Origin: a virus
Lineage: Duplodnaviria; Heunggongvirae; Uroviricota; Caudoviricetes
Virus record (IMG/VR): IMGVR_UViG_2703718809_000014
Reading direction: 5' to 3' (one strand)
DNA length: 23,522 nucleotides
A model generated the notes under the pieces. That model did no database searches. It worked only from the letters and a program-made list of their open reading frames with translations, and was not told the DNA's origin. Position numbers and translations under genes: made by a program. Shown piece after piece: positions 15,421-23,522 of this stretch; position 1 is the first letter of the stretch, and each line of letters opens with the position of its first letter.

Positions 15421-16473
15421 ATGAATCTGGTGATGTCAGATATTACCCGCAACAAGCTGGGTTGCTATATGGCGCAGCAGGCGTCGCTTAACAATATCCC
15501 GGTTTCCGCACTGGTATCGCGATTTACCGTGGAACCCTCGGTACAGCAGCGTTTTGAAAACGCCTCAAAGGAAAGCACCGAATTTACAAAAAGAATTAAC
15601 GTGATCGGCGTGACCGACCAGAAAGGCGAAAAAATCCTCCTGGATACCACCGGGCCGATTGCGCGCACGAATACCAGTTATGACGGCACAAAACGCCGTA
15701 ACCCGAATAACGTGGTTGATCTGAAAAACCGCAAATACCAGTGCGAACAGGTGAACTACGACACGTTTATTTCATATCCGCAGCTTGATGCCTGGGCGGC
15801 ACACCCTGATTTTCAGTCCCGCATCAGCGCACAGATTGCCCGACAGGTGGCACTTGACCGCATCATGATCGGTTTCAACGGCACGTCTCACGCGGATGAG
15901 TCTAACTTCAGCACCAACAAGTTGCTTCAGGACGTTAACGTGGGCTGGCTGGAGCACATCAGAACCGACGCCAGCGAACGCGTTATGAATAACGTGACGC
16001 TGACCTCCCGTAACATGGACAACACCGTGGCGCACGCGGGTAAGTATGCGAACGCTGATGCACTGGTACAGGACGCGCGCTCATCCCTGCTGGATGAATG
16101 GCACAAGGAAGCTGACGACCTCGTGGTGATTATGGGGCGCAACCTGTTTAACTCGCTGCGTCTGCCCGTGCTGAACAGCATCAGCGGCCAGAATCCCAAT
16201 GCGGAATTACTCGCCGGGCAGCTCATCCTGTCATCGCGCACCATTGGCGGGCTGGGCGTGTTCCTTGCGCCGTTCTTCCCGGATGCAACGATGCTGATCA
16301 CCTCGTTCAACAACCTGTCGATTTACTGGCAGAAAGGTTCAATGCGTCGCCTGATGAAAGACGAGCCGGAATACAACCGCATCGCCACCTACCAGTCCAT
16401 CAATGACGCTTATGTCGTTGAAGACTATGGCAAGTGCGCGATGGTCACTGGCCTGAAGTTCGCCGACAGCTAA
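15421..16473 (+). CDS. N: Major capsid protein (P2 gpN-like)
   Basis: 350 aa; FTVEPSVQQRFENASKESTEFTKRINVIGVTDQKGEKI parallels P2 gpN (KFTVEPSVTQTLMNTMQESSDFLTRINIVPVSEMKGEKI as recalled). Alternative start ATG at 15433. Confidence 0.9.
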   Translation: MNLVMSDITRNKLGCYMAQQASLNNIPVSALVSRFTVEPSVQQRFENASKESTEFTKRINVIGVTDQKGEKILLDTTGPIARTNTSYDGTKRRNPNNVVDLKNRKYQCEQVNYDTFISYPQLDAWAAHPDFQSRISAQIARQVALDRIMIGFNGTSHADESNFSTNKLLQDVNVGWLEHIRTDASERVMNNVTLTSRNMDNTVAHAGKYANADALVQDARSSLLDEWHKEADDLVVIMGRNLFNSLRLPVLNSISGQNPNAELLAGQLILSSRTIGGLGVFLAPFFPDATMLITSFNNLSIYWQKGSMRRLMKDEPEYNRIATYQSINDAYVVEDYGKCAMVTGLKFADS

Positions 16474-16482
16474 TCAACTCAC

Positions 16483-16501
16483 GGCGGGCATCATGCCCGC
16501 C
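16483..16501 (+). terminator. Stem-loop GGCGGGCA-TCA-TGCCCGCC just after capsid gene (possible attenuator or mRNA stabiliser)
   Basis: Perfect 8-bp GC-rich stem read from the sequence between N and M; no U-tract. Confidence 0.4.
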
Positions 16502-16518
16502 TGTAACGGAGAGAAAAA

Positions 16519-17319
16519 ATGATTACTCCTGCACAACAACACTGGCAGAACGTGATGGCACAGCGCGCAGGCCGGGCGAATGAAGGCGTGGACCACGCCG
16601 CGCGTACCGCGCATGAAGAGGTGCTGTATCGTCTGCGTCTGGCACAGGCCCGGCTTAAGGGCGTACAGGCCAGAAGCGCGAAAGCCGCCATCAAAAAAGA
16701 GTTGTTGCCGGATTTTTCCGGCTGGATTGAGGGAACGCTGGAGGCTGACGGCGGGCAGCAGGATGAAGTGATTGCCACGCTGATGGTGTGGGCGATTGAC
16801 TGCGGCGATCTTCCGCTTGCGTTGCGTATTGGTGCGTATGTGGTCCGTCATAACCTCATCATGCCGGATAACTTTGGCCGTACTGCTGCCACGGTACTGA
16901 CCGAAGAAATCTGCAACCCGGTACTGACGCAGGCCGGGACGGATGCTGACGCGGATTTGTCCGCCTTTATCGAACCACTGGACACCCTCCGGGAGATTGT
17001 CACAGACCAGGACATGCCGGACGAAGTGCGCGCCAAATTATGCAAGGCGTGCGCCTTTGCCCGTCGTGGTCTGACCGATGCAGACAACATGGCCTTATCA
17101 CTGAAGCTGCTGCGCGAAGCGATGCACCTGAACCCGAACGCAGGTGTGAAACGCGAGATTGCAACCCTTTCCCGCGCCCTGAAAAAAGCCGATTCCGCAG
17201 CCGAACCAGAAGACGCCAGCGCACAGCAGGCGCAGGACGAAAGCAGCAAAAGTAAAAAGACAACGCGGAAGCCTGCAACACGAAAAACCACCGCGACGCA
17301 GAAGGCGAAGCGCGGTTAA
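16519..17319 (+). CDS. M: Terminase small/endonuclease subunit (P2 gpM-like)
   Basis: 266 aa; DMPDEVRAKL and GVKREIA motifs match P2 gpM as recalled; synteny N-M-L. Confidence 0.85.
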   Translation: MITPAQQHWQNVMAQRAGRANEGVDHAARTAHEEVLYRLRLAQARLKGVQARSAKAAIKKELLPDFSGWIEGTLEADGGQQDEVIATLMVWAIDCGDLPLALRIGAYVVRHNLIMPDNFGRTAATVLTEEICNPVLTQAGTDADADLSAFIEPLDTLREIVTDQDMPDEVRAKLCKACAFARRGLTDADNMALSLKLLREAMHLNPNAGVKREIATLSRALKKADSAAEPEDASAQQAQDESSKSKKTTRKPATRKTTATQKAKRG

Positions 17320-17337
17320 CGACTGACCCCGTCAGCG

Positions 17338-17407
17338 GGCGGCGTGCGCGGTGTTCCGGTTTGACTCCGTGACCGTTTACACCGCGCACCCACCGCCCGA
17401 TTTTTTT
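17338..17407 (+). terminator. Intrinsic-terminator-like structure (long GC inverted repeat plus T7 tract) between M and L
   Basis: GGGCGGCGTGCGCGGTGT ... ACACCGCGCACCCACCGCCC followed by TTTTTTT at 17401-17407, read from the sequence. Confidence 0.5.
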
Positions 17408-17412
17408 CAGGA

Positions 17413-17916
17413 GTGAACCCCATGAGTATGGTTGCCAGAACTGAACCCAGACCCGCAGAGGACGACATCACCGATACCGATGATGGAGATACCCGCATTT
17501 CAGCGGGTGCATTCTGGCCGGATATTGTGTTGCGCGAGCTGCGTCTGGCGGTACGACTGCCGGGGCGCGTGACCACCTCCCGCCTGCTGCATACCGCCAC
17601 CGGGGCCGTGGCACACGTTACCCGCGAGCTGGAAGCGTGGCAGCAGGAACAGCAGGCGGCTGGCCATCAGACGCTGGCCGATGTTCCGGCACCCGTAATT
17701 AACGGAGAAAGCGTCAATCTCTGGCACTGGCGCAATGCCGTTTATACCGCCACACGCGCCCTGATTCTGGAGCGTTACCGCGATGCGGACACAACGGATA
17801 AGGGCGACCGCCGGGCGGACGCACTGGATATACAGACATCGGATTTGTGGCGCGATGTGAGCTGGGCCATCTCTGACATTCTGCGCCGCCCGCGAATCTT
17901 TGCGGAGCTGTGCTGA
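17413..17916 (+). CDS. L: Head completion/stabilisation protein (P2 gpL-like)
   Basis: 167 aa, GGAG RBS; position after M and size match P2 gpL; stop overlaps X start. Confidence 0.8.
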   Translation: MNPMSMVARTEPRPAEDDITDTDDGDTRISAGAFWPDIVLRELRLAVRLPGRVTTSRLLHTATGAVAHVTRELEAWQQEQQAAGHQTLADVPAPVINGESVNLWHWRNAVYTATRALILERYRDADTTDKGDRRADALDIQTSDLWRDVSWAISDILRRPRIFAELC

Positions 17917-18116
17917 TGAAAGTGAAGGCACTGGAAGGCGACACCGTGGATTCGCTCTGTTTCCGGTACTACGGCACGACGCAGGGCGTCACCGAAAAGG
18001 TGCTGGATGCCAACCCCGGACTCTGTCAGCAGGTATTTCTGGACGCCGGGCAGGAAGTGGAGATGCCGGAGCCGGAGAAGAAGAAACGAGAAATGATTCA
18101 GTTGTGGGGGGAGTAG
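17916..18116 (+). CDS. X: Tail protein X (P2 gpX-like)
   Basis: 66 aa from ATG at 17916 (TGATG overlap with L); size and position as P2 X. Confidence 0.75.
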   Translation: MKVKALEGDTVDSLCFRYYGTTQGVTEKVLDANPGLCQQVFLDAGQEVEMPEPEKKKREMIQLWGE

Positions 18117-18118
18117 CA

Positions 18119-18442
18119 GTGAGCACCATTCAAACAGGGATCACAGAGCAGGTTATTGCGTGGCTCTTTGACCACCTGCCAACGGTGTATGCAGTAGGCG
18201 CGGCAGTCAGCATTTCCGCGCTGATGAGTCTTTATGACGGACGAACACTGGTTCAGACCGTAACGGGATCGCTGGCGTGCGGCGTTCTTGCCATGGCCGT
18301 GGCCGGGTCGTTGCGCTTCTTCGGGTTTCCTGAAGATGCCGTGACGTTTATCGGCGCATCAATCGGTTTTATGGGCGCAGAGAAAGCACGCGACAAGGTT
18401 ATTGCGGCCTTTAATCGCAGGGTGAAGGAGAAGGACGAATGA
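18119..18442 (+). CDS. Putative holin
   Basis: GTG start at 18119 with GGGGGGAG RBS; about 107 aa with hydrophobic segments (VYAVGAAVSISALMSL, LACGVLAMAVAGSL) and a charged C-terminus; sits directly upstream of the endolysin. Confidence 0.6.
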   Translation: MSTIQTGITEQVIAWLFDHLPTVYAVGAAVSISALMSLYDGRTLVQTVTGSLACGVLAMAVAGSLRFFGFPEDAVTFIGASIGFMGAEKARDKVIAAFNRRVKEKDE

Positions 18443-18831
18443 GCAACACATTTAAATTCAGCAGCCGGAGCGAAAAGAATTTGCAGGGCGTAAATCCTGA
18501 TCTGGTGAAAGTGACCCGACGGGCACTGGAAATTTCGGAAGTGGATTTTGGTATCACCGAAGGGTTGCGCAGCCGTTACCGCCAGAAGCAACTTGTGGCT
18601 ACAGGTAAGAGCCAGACCATGAACAGCCGCCACCTTACGGGACATGCCGTGGATGTTGTGGCTTATATCGGCAGCCAGGTGTCATGGGAATGGCCGCTGT
18701 ACGAAAAAATCGCAGCAGCATTCAGACAAGCCAGCCGGGAACTGAATATTCCGGTGGAATGGGGCGGCGACTGGAAGACCCTGAAAGACGGACCGCATTT
18801 TCAGTTGCCACACGGAGCCTATCCGGCATGA
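18439..18831 (+). CDS. Endolysin, peptidase M15-type zinc peptidase (L-alanyl-D-glutamate peptidase-like)
   Basis: 130 aa; SRHLTGHAVDV plus downstream DGPHF resemble the M15 zinc-binding signature; occupies the slot of P2 K lysozyme. Confidence 0.75.
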   Translation: MSNTFKFSSRSEKNLQGVNPDLVKVTRRALEISEVDFGITEGLRSRYRQKQLVATGKSQTMNSRHLTGHAVDVVAYIGSQVSWEWPLYEKIAAAFRQASRELNIPVEWGGDWKTLKDGPHFQLPHGAYPA

Positions 18832-19235
18832 AGCTCTGGCCCACGCTTGGCGTCGCTTTCCTTCTGATTGCCGCATGGGGAACATCCATGCGTCTGTCGT
18901 GGTCGCTGGGCAGGGAGAACGCCAGAAACGAAGCGCAGGCCAGCGCCCTGAAAAGTACCGTCGACACCCTGAATATCATCAGCGCTGGGGTACAGGATAT
19001 GCAGCAGGTGCTGGCGCAACTCCGCGTGGAAAATCAGCAACGCAATCAGGACGGAGAGGCAAGACGTGAACAGCTACGCAACGATATTGCAAAAGATGAA
19101 TGCGCCCACGCTTTGCCTGACGCTCGTTTTACTGACAGGCTGCGCAGGCACGCAGAACGCGCCACGGCCAGCGCCGTCAGTCCGGCTTATACCGCAGACG
19201 CTGACCATACCGGTAACGCCTCCCCCCTTCCCTGA
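18828..19235 (+). CDS. lysB: i-spanin (LysB/Rz-like)
   Basis: ATG at 18828 overlapping the endolysin stop; N-terminal TM helix (LWPTLGVAFLLIAAWG) then a charged, coiled periplasmic domain. Confidence 0.65.
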   Translation: MKLWPTLGVAFLLIAAWGTSMRLSWSLGRENARNEAQASALKSTVDTLNIISAGVQDMQQVLAQLRVENQQRNQDGEARREQLRNDIAKDECAHALPDARFTDRLRRHAERATASAVSPAYTADADHTGNASPLP

Positions 19236-19386
19236 CTCTCCCACATGGGGAAATCTCGGTATATGGGGCGACCGCCTTCTGGATGCACTGGAAACCTGTA
19301 ACGCGGATAAACGGGCCATTGAATTGCTGGAACAGCGCAGGCTGCAACGACTGAACAACGAGGATAACAACCATGCTGAAAACTGA
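19096..19386 (+). CDS. lysC: o-spanin lipoprotein (LysC/Rz1-like)
   Basis: Starts out of frame within lysB; signal peptide with lipobox LLTGC; proline-rich; 96 aa from ATG at 19096 (ORF track start 19066 also possible). Confidence 0.6.
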   Translation: MNAPTLCLTLVLLTGCAGTQNAPRPAPSVRLIPQTLTIPVTPPPFPDSPTWGNLGIWGDRLLDALETCNADKRAIELLEQRRLQRLNNEDNNHAEN

Positions 19387-19840
19387 TTCCCTGCGTGAAG
19401 CCATGACCCGTTCATGCCGATGGTGTCAGGCTAACCCGGAAAAATTCACCATTTTCGTGGAGAGCGGCAACATTGAAACGACCGGAGAAACGCCCTCGTT
19501 TGTTTACCGCTATCAGATGGTGATGTTTGTCATGGATTACGCCGGGGAGCTGGACGACCTCACGCTGCCGCTGCTGGCGTGGTTATCCGAAAATCAGCCA
19601 CAGTTGTTGCTCAACCCTGAGCATAATCAGGACATCAAATTCTCCGCCGTTATCAATGACGATGACAGCGCCGATCTCCTGTTTACACTCCCCCTGCGGG
19701 AACGCGTTCGCATCACGCGCAGCAGTCAGGGCACACCGCAGGCAGAGCACCTGCCGGAGCCAAAACCCCGCCTGCCATCTTCCGAAGGCGACTGGTCGCA
19801 TGTATTCCAGGATGTGACGTGGGGTGAAAGCGATGGATAA
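19373..19840 (+). CDS. R: Tail completion protein R (P2 gpR-like)
   Basis: 155 aa, same size as P2 gpR and in the conserved position after the lysis genes. Confidence 0.8.
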   Translation: MLKTDSLREAMTRSCRWCQANPEKFTIFVESGNIETTGETPSFVYRYQMVMFVMDYAGELDDLTLPLLAWLSENQPQLLLNPEHNQDIKFSAVINDDDSADLLFTLPLRERVRITRSSQGTPQAEHLPEPKPRLPSSEGDWSHVFQDVTWGESDG

Positions 19841-20468
19841 GGCATTCACCCGCGTGGATGAAACCTTTGAGGCTATCCGCGACAGCCTGAATCAGCAGGC
19901 CATCAATAACATCGCCAGAAAGCTGGCACACGATTTACGTCGCGCCCAGCAGGCACGCATCCGGTCACAGAAAACGCCGGACGGGACCGCATGGACACCA
20001 CGCAGACGCCGCGTAACCCGGATACAGGAGCGCATTCGCTTTATCTGGAATAACGAAGCACGCACGCTGAAAAACTGGCATCACGACACGGGGAAATACG
20101 GGCGAACCATTACCGGGTGGGATGAGGATAAAAACAATATCCGCACGTTTTACCGGGATGACATCGACCGCTTTCTGGAAATACGCACCCGGCGCATCAA
20201 CCAGGACAGCACAAAGCGCGTCCCCATGTTCGTAAAACTGCGCACCGCCCGCTACCTGAAAGCCCGTGCGGATACTTCCGGTGTGACGGTGGGTTACAGC
20301 GGCGTGGCTGCACGTATTGCACGCGTTCATCAGTTCGGTGAGCGCGATCAGGTTGCGCCGGGCATTTTCACCGATTACCCGGTACGTGAGCTGTTGGGCA
20401 TCAGTCAGGCAGATGAACGCCTGATTTATAACACGGTGCTGGGCCGGATTGCGGAGGCTGTACGGTGA
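19833..20468 (+). CDS. S: Tail completion / virion morphogenesis protein S (P2 gpS-like)
   Basis: ATG at 19833 overlapping the R stop; position between R and V. Confidence 0.8.
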   Translation: MDKAFTRVDETFEAIRDSLNQQAINNIARKLAHDLRRAQQARIRSQKTPDGTAWTPRRRRVTRIQERIRFIWNNEARTLKNWHHDTGKYGRTITGWDEDKNNIRTFYRDDIDRFLEIRTRRINQDSTKRVPMFVKLRTARYLKARADTSGVTVGYSGVAARIARVHQFGERDQVAPGIFTDYPVRELLGISQADERLIYNTVLGRIAEAVR

Positions 20469-21046
20469 GTGCAGAACTCATGCGACTGCTGAGCAACATC
20501 ATCCGCACCGGGATCATCTCTGAAGTTGATGAGAAGTCCTGGCGCGTTCGCGTTCGCAGTGGCGAACTGGAAACAGGCTGGCTGCGCTGGAACACCACGC
20601 GCGCGGGAGCCTTCAATGTATGGTTGCCACCATCACCTGGCGAACAGGTGGTAATTGCCTGCATCGGCGGCAATCCGGAAACCGCCATGATAATCGGCAG
20701 CCTGTGGAGTGATGCCATTCCGGCCCCCGGCAAAAGCCTGAAAGAAATCGTGGTCAGCGCGCCGGATGGCGCGGTGTTCCGCTACGACGCAGACGCAGGC
20801 GCACTGAGCGCCAGCGGCATGAAAACAGCCACCCTGCAGGCATCCGTCAGTGTGACACTGGACACGCCTGTCGTGGAATGCACAAACCTTCTGAAAACAG
20901 CCGAGATTGACGTCACAAAAGGGGGAAAGATGAGCGGCAATATCACGCACAGCGGCGGCGATTTCACCTCAAACGGCATCACAGTGCATACGCATAAACA
21001 CGGTGGCGTTAAAGGTGGCAGCGATTCGACAGGAGGCCCGCAGTGA
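20465..21046 (+). CDS. V: Baseplate central spike / assembly protein V (P2 gpV-like)
   Basis: 193 aa; synteny S-V-W-J-I; Gly-rich C-terminal region (GGKMSGNITHSGGDFTSNGITVHTHKHGGVKGG) typical of spike proteins. Confidence 0.85.
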   Translation: MSAELMRLLSNIIRTGIISEVDEKSWRVRVRSGELETGWLRWNTTRAGAFNVWLPPSPGEQVVIACIGGNPETAMIIGSLWSDAIPAPGKSLKEIVVSAPDGAVFRYDADAGALSASGMKTATLQASVSVTLDTPVVECTNLLKTAEIDVTKGGKMSGNITHSGGDFTSNGITVHTHKHGGVKGGSDSTGGPQ

Positions 21047-21393
21047 CAACCCGCTACACAGGAATGAACCCGGACGGAACGGGAAACCTGAACGATATGG
21101 AGCACCTGAAACAGTCAGTCAGGGACATCCTGATCACCCCGCTGGCAAGCCGGGTTATGCGACGGGAATATGGCAGCCTTGTGCCTGATTTGATTGACGA
21201 ACCCATGAATAACACCACGCGTCTGCAATGCATGAGTGCTGCCGTGATTGCACTGACACGATGGGAACCCCGCATTGCCCTGGACGCTATCGACGTTGTC
21301 TGGAAGGCAGGAGGCCGCGCCGGGGTGACGCTGTCGGGCACTGTCATGCAGACCATGCAGAATGTTGAATTAACCATCACGCTGAGAGAGTAA
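21043..21393 (+). CDS. W: Baseplate wedge protein W (GPW/gp25 family)
   Basis: 116 aa, lysozyme-like GPW/gp25-size protein in the conserved position. Confidence 0.85.
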   Translation: MTTRYTGMNPDGTGNLNDMEHLKQSVRDILITPLASRVMRREYGSLVPDLIDEPMNNTTRLQCMSAAVIALTRWEPRIALDAIDVVWKAGGRAGVTLSGTVMQTMQNVELTITLRE

Positions 21394-21396
21394 ATC

Positions 21397-22293
21397 ATGC
21401 CTGCTGTTGACCTTTCCCAGTTACCGGAACCCGCCATCATCGCGGAGCCTGATTTTGAGGCAATTCTGGCTGACACAAAGGCCATGATGATTGCGGCTTA
21501 TCCCGCAGAACAGCGTGAAGCCGTCTCCGCCGCGCTGGAGCTGGAATCGGAACCCCTGAACGTTATCGCCCAGACAACAGCGTTTCGCGAAATGCTGTTA
21601 CGCCAGCGGATCAATGAGGGGGCACGCGCCTGCATGTTAAGCCACAGCGCCGGGACAGACCTGGACAACCTCGCGGGCAATATGAACACAAAGCGCCTGA
21701 CCATCACTCCGGCAACGGATACCACCGACGCGGTGATGGAGAGCGACACCTCGCTGAGACTGCGGGCGCAACGGGCGTATGACGGCCTGAGCGTTGCTGG
21801 CCCGTCAGGCGCATACGAGTATTTTGCCCGCAGCGCCAGCGGTCTGGTGCGTGATGCGCGGGCTATCAGCCCGTCTCCGGCAAATGTGACGGTTTCCATC
21901 CTGTCCACTGAGGGCGACGGCACAGCAACGGAGGCGTTGCTTAATACCGTTCGCGCCGTTCTGAATGCAGAGGATACCCGCCCGGTGGCCGACCGACTGA
22001 CCGTACAGAGCGCCAGCATCGTGACATGGCGGCTGAATGCAAAACTGTACTTTTACCCCGGTCCGGAATCCGAACCTATTCTGGCCGCGGCGGAATCGTC
22101 ATTCAGGAAGTGGCTGGCTGAACAGGGGCTTATCGGTCAGGACGTGGCGTTGTCCGCCATTGCTGCCGCACTTCATGTGCACGGCGTGCAACGCGTGGAG
22201 ATAATCGAACCCACACAGAATATGGCCATCAGCGACATACAGGCGGCGCGCTGTGAGTCATTCACCATCAGCGAAGGTGGGCGCAATGAGTAA
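21397..22293 (+). CDS. J: Baseplate assembly protein J (P2 gpJ-like)
   Basis: 298 aa in the conserved position between W and I. Confidence 0.85.
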   Translation: MPAVDLSQLPEPAIIAEPDFEAILADTKAMMIAAYPAEQREAVSAALELESEPLNVIAQTTAFREMLLRQRINEGARACMLSHSAGTDLDNLAGNMNTKRLTITPATDTTDAVMESDTSLRLRAQRAYDGLSVAGPSGAYEYFARSASGLVRDARAISPSPANVTVSILSTEGDGTATEALLNTVRAVLNAEDTRPVADRLTVQSASIVTWRLNAKLYFYPGPESEPILAAAESSFRKWLAEQGLIGQDVALSAIAAALHVHGVQRVEIIEPTQNMAISDIQAARCESFTISEGGRNE

Positions 22294-22813
22294 TTCACTG
22301 TTACCGCCATCAGCCAGCAGTTTCATGCGTTGTGCCGAAGCCGTCGGAACACGCATTACAGACATCCCGGTAGACCTCAACACGCTGTGGTCACCGGACA
22401 CCTGCCCGGTGCATCTGCTGCCTTATCTCGCCTGGGCATTTTCCGTTGACCGCTGGGATCGCAACTGGCCGGAAGAGACAAAGCGACAGGTTATTCGTGA
22501 TGCATGGCTGATACACCGACACAAAGGGACCATCAGCGCACTGCGCCGGGCCATTGAGCCGCTGGGATACCTCATTCGTGTGTCTGAGTGGTGGGAGTTC
22601 GACGGCGAACCCGGAACATTCAAGGTTGATGTTGGCACACTGGACAGTGGTGTGACCGAGGAAATGTATCTGGAAATGGAACGGCTGATTGCCGACGCCA
22701 AACCCGCAAGTCGCCACCTTATCGGCCTGAACATTATCCAGGACATTCCCGGCTATCTGTATACAGGCGGTGTGGTCTGTGATGGTGATGTTATTACTGT
22801 TTATCCCGGATAA
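22286..22813 (+). CDS. I: Baseplate/tail protein I (P2 gpI-like)
   Basis: 175 aa from ATG at 22286 overlapping the J stop; P2 gpI is 176 aa. Confidence 0.8.
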   Translation: MSNSLLPPSASSFMRCAEAVGTRITDIPVDLNTLWSPDTCPVHLLPYLAWAFSVDRWDRNWPEETKRQVIRDAWLIHRHKGTISALRRAIEPLGYLIRVSEWWEFDGEPGTFKVDVGTLDSGVTEEMYLEMERLIADAKPASRHLIGLNIIQDIPGYLYTGGVVCDGDVITVYPG

Positions 22814-22823
22814 GTGAGAAATA

Positions 22824-23522
22824 ATGAGCACGAAATTTAAAACCGTTATCACTACTGCCGGAGCCGCAAAGCTGGCAGCCGCCACTGTCCCCGGCGGGAA
22901 AAAAGTAACCCTGTCTGCAATGGCCGTGGGTGACGGTAATGGCAAATTGCCAGTGCCGGATGCCGGTCAGACGAAACTGGTGCATGAGGTCTGGCGTCAC
23001 GCTCTGAATAAAGTCAGCGTGGATAACAAGAATAAAAACTATATCGTGGCTGAACTGGTTGTACCGCCCGAAGTGGGCGGCTTCTGGATGCGTGAGCTTG
23101 GTCTGTATGACGATGCCGGAACACTGATTGCGGTATCCAATATGGCAGAAAGCTATAAGCCAGAACTGGCTGAAGGCTCCGGACGTGCGCAGACCTGCCG
23201 CATGGTCATTATTGTCAGTAACGTGGCGTCCGTTGAGCTGAGTATTGATGCCAGCACAGTGATGGCGACGCAGGATTACGTCGATAACAAAATCGCAGAA
23301 CATGAGCAGTCCCGCCGCCATCCTGACGCCACGCTGACAGAAAAAGGTTTTACTCAGTTAAGCAGTGCAACAAACAGCACCAGTGAAAGGCTGGCAGCAA
23401 CGCCAAAGGCAGTAAAAGCAGCCTATGACAATGCTGAAAAACGTATGCAGAAAGACCAGAACGGTGGCGATATTCCAGATAAGGACGCTTTTCTGGGCAA
23501 TGTTGGCGTTACCAGCCTGACG
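22824..23522 (+). CDS. H: Tail fibre protein H, N-terminal part (truncated by window end)
   Basis: Open frame from ATG at 22824 to the window end (MSTKFKTVITTAGAAKLAAATVPGGKKVTLSAMAVGDGNGKLP...); conserved tail-fibre N-terminal domain in the expected position after I. Confidence 0.8.
   Translation, partial: MSTKFKTVITTAGAAKLAAATVPGGKKVTLSAMAVGDGNGKLPVPDAGQTKLVHEVWRHALNKVSVDNKNKNYIVAELVVPPEVGGFWMRELGLYDDAGTLIAVSNMAESYKPELAEGSGRAQTCRMVIIVSNVASVELSIDASTVMATQDYVDNKIAEHEQSRRHPDATLTEKGFTQLSSATNSTSERLAATPKAVKAAYDNAEKRMQKDQNGGDIPDKDAFLGNVGVTSLT

Larger units (their letters stand above)
1..23522. mobile_element. P2-like prophage, partial (integrase end through tail fibre H; right part beyond window)
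   Basis: Gene order int-C-cox-early ORFs-A-cargo-cos-Q-P/O-N-M-L-X-lysis-R-S-V-W-J-I-H matches the P2 map in content and strand orientation. Confidence 0.9.

Noticed and set aside
22794-23321. 175-aa minus-strand ORF
   Set aside because: Antisense to the tail fibre H gene, which has the conserved N-terminal domain and correct synteny.
1-23522. CRISPR arrays, tRNA or rRNA genes
   Set aside because: No regularly spaced short repeats with unique spacers and no cloverleaf-compatible segments noticed by eye; the direct repeats found are pairs or triplets only. Manual scanning cannot fully exclude a tRNA.

Overview
This window is the left-hand portion of an integrated P2-like (Peduovirus-type) prophage of an enterobacterial host, read in the standard P2 map orientation. 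It runs from the integrase stop codon at position 1 through the immunity switch (C repressor / Cox), an early operon of small unknown ORFs, the rolling-circle replication initiator gpA, a roughly 2.6 kb cargo island, the cos region, and the late operons Q-P (minus strand) and O-N-M-L-X-holin-endolysin-spanins-R-S-V-W-J-I-H (plus strand, tail fibre H truncated at the window end). The most interesting part is the cargo island at 8511-11096, sitting where P2 carries tin/old: it encodes an actin-like ParM/StbA ATPase, a small ParR-like protein and two tandem Ea22-like coiled-coil paralogs, preceded by twin palindromes that straddle the gpA stop codon. A type II partition-like module in an integrating phage is unexpected and is the best candidate for an undescribed system (defence, exclusion or episome maintenance). 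Other points of note are a structured non-coding stretch at 4583-4904, direct-repeat candidate operators in the C/cox switch, a probable cos site, and a lysis-cassette module swap. All protein assignments rest on recalled similarity to P2 and plasmid R1 proteins plus synteny; no database search was possible.
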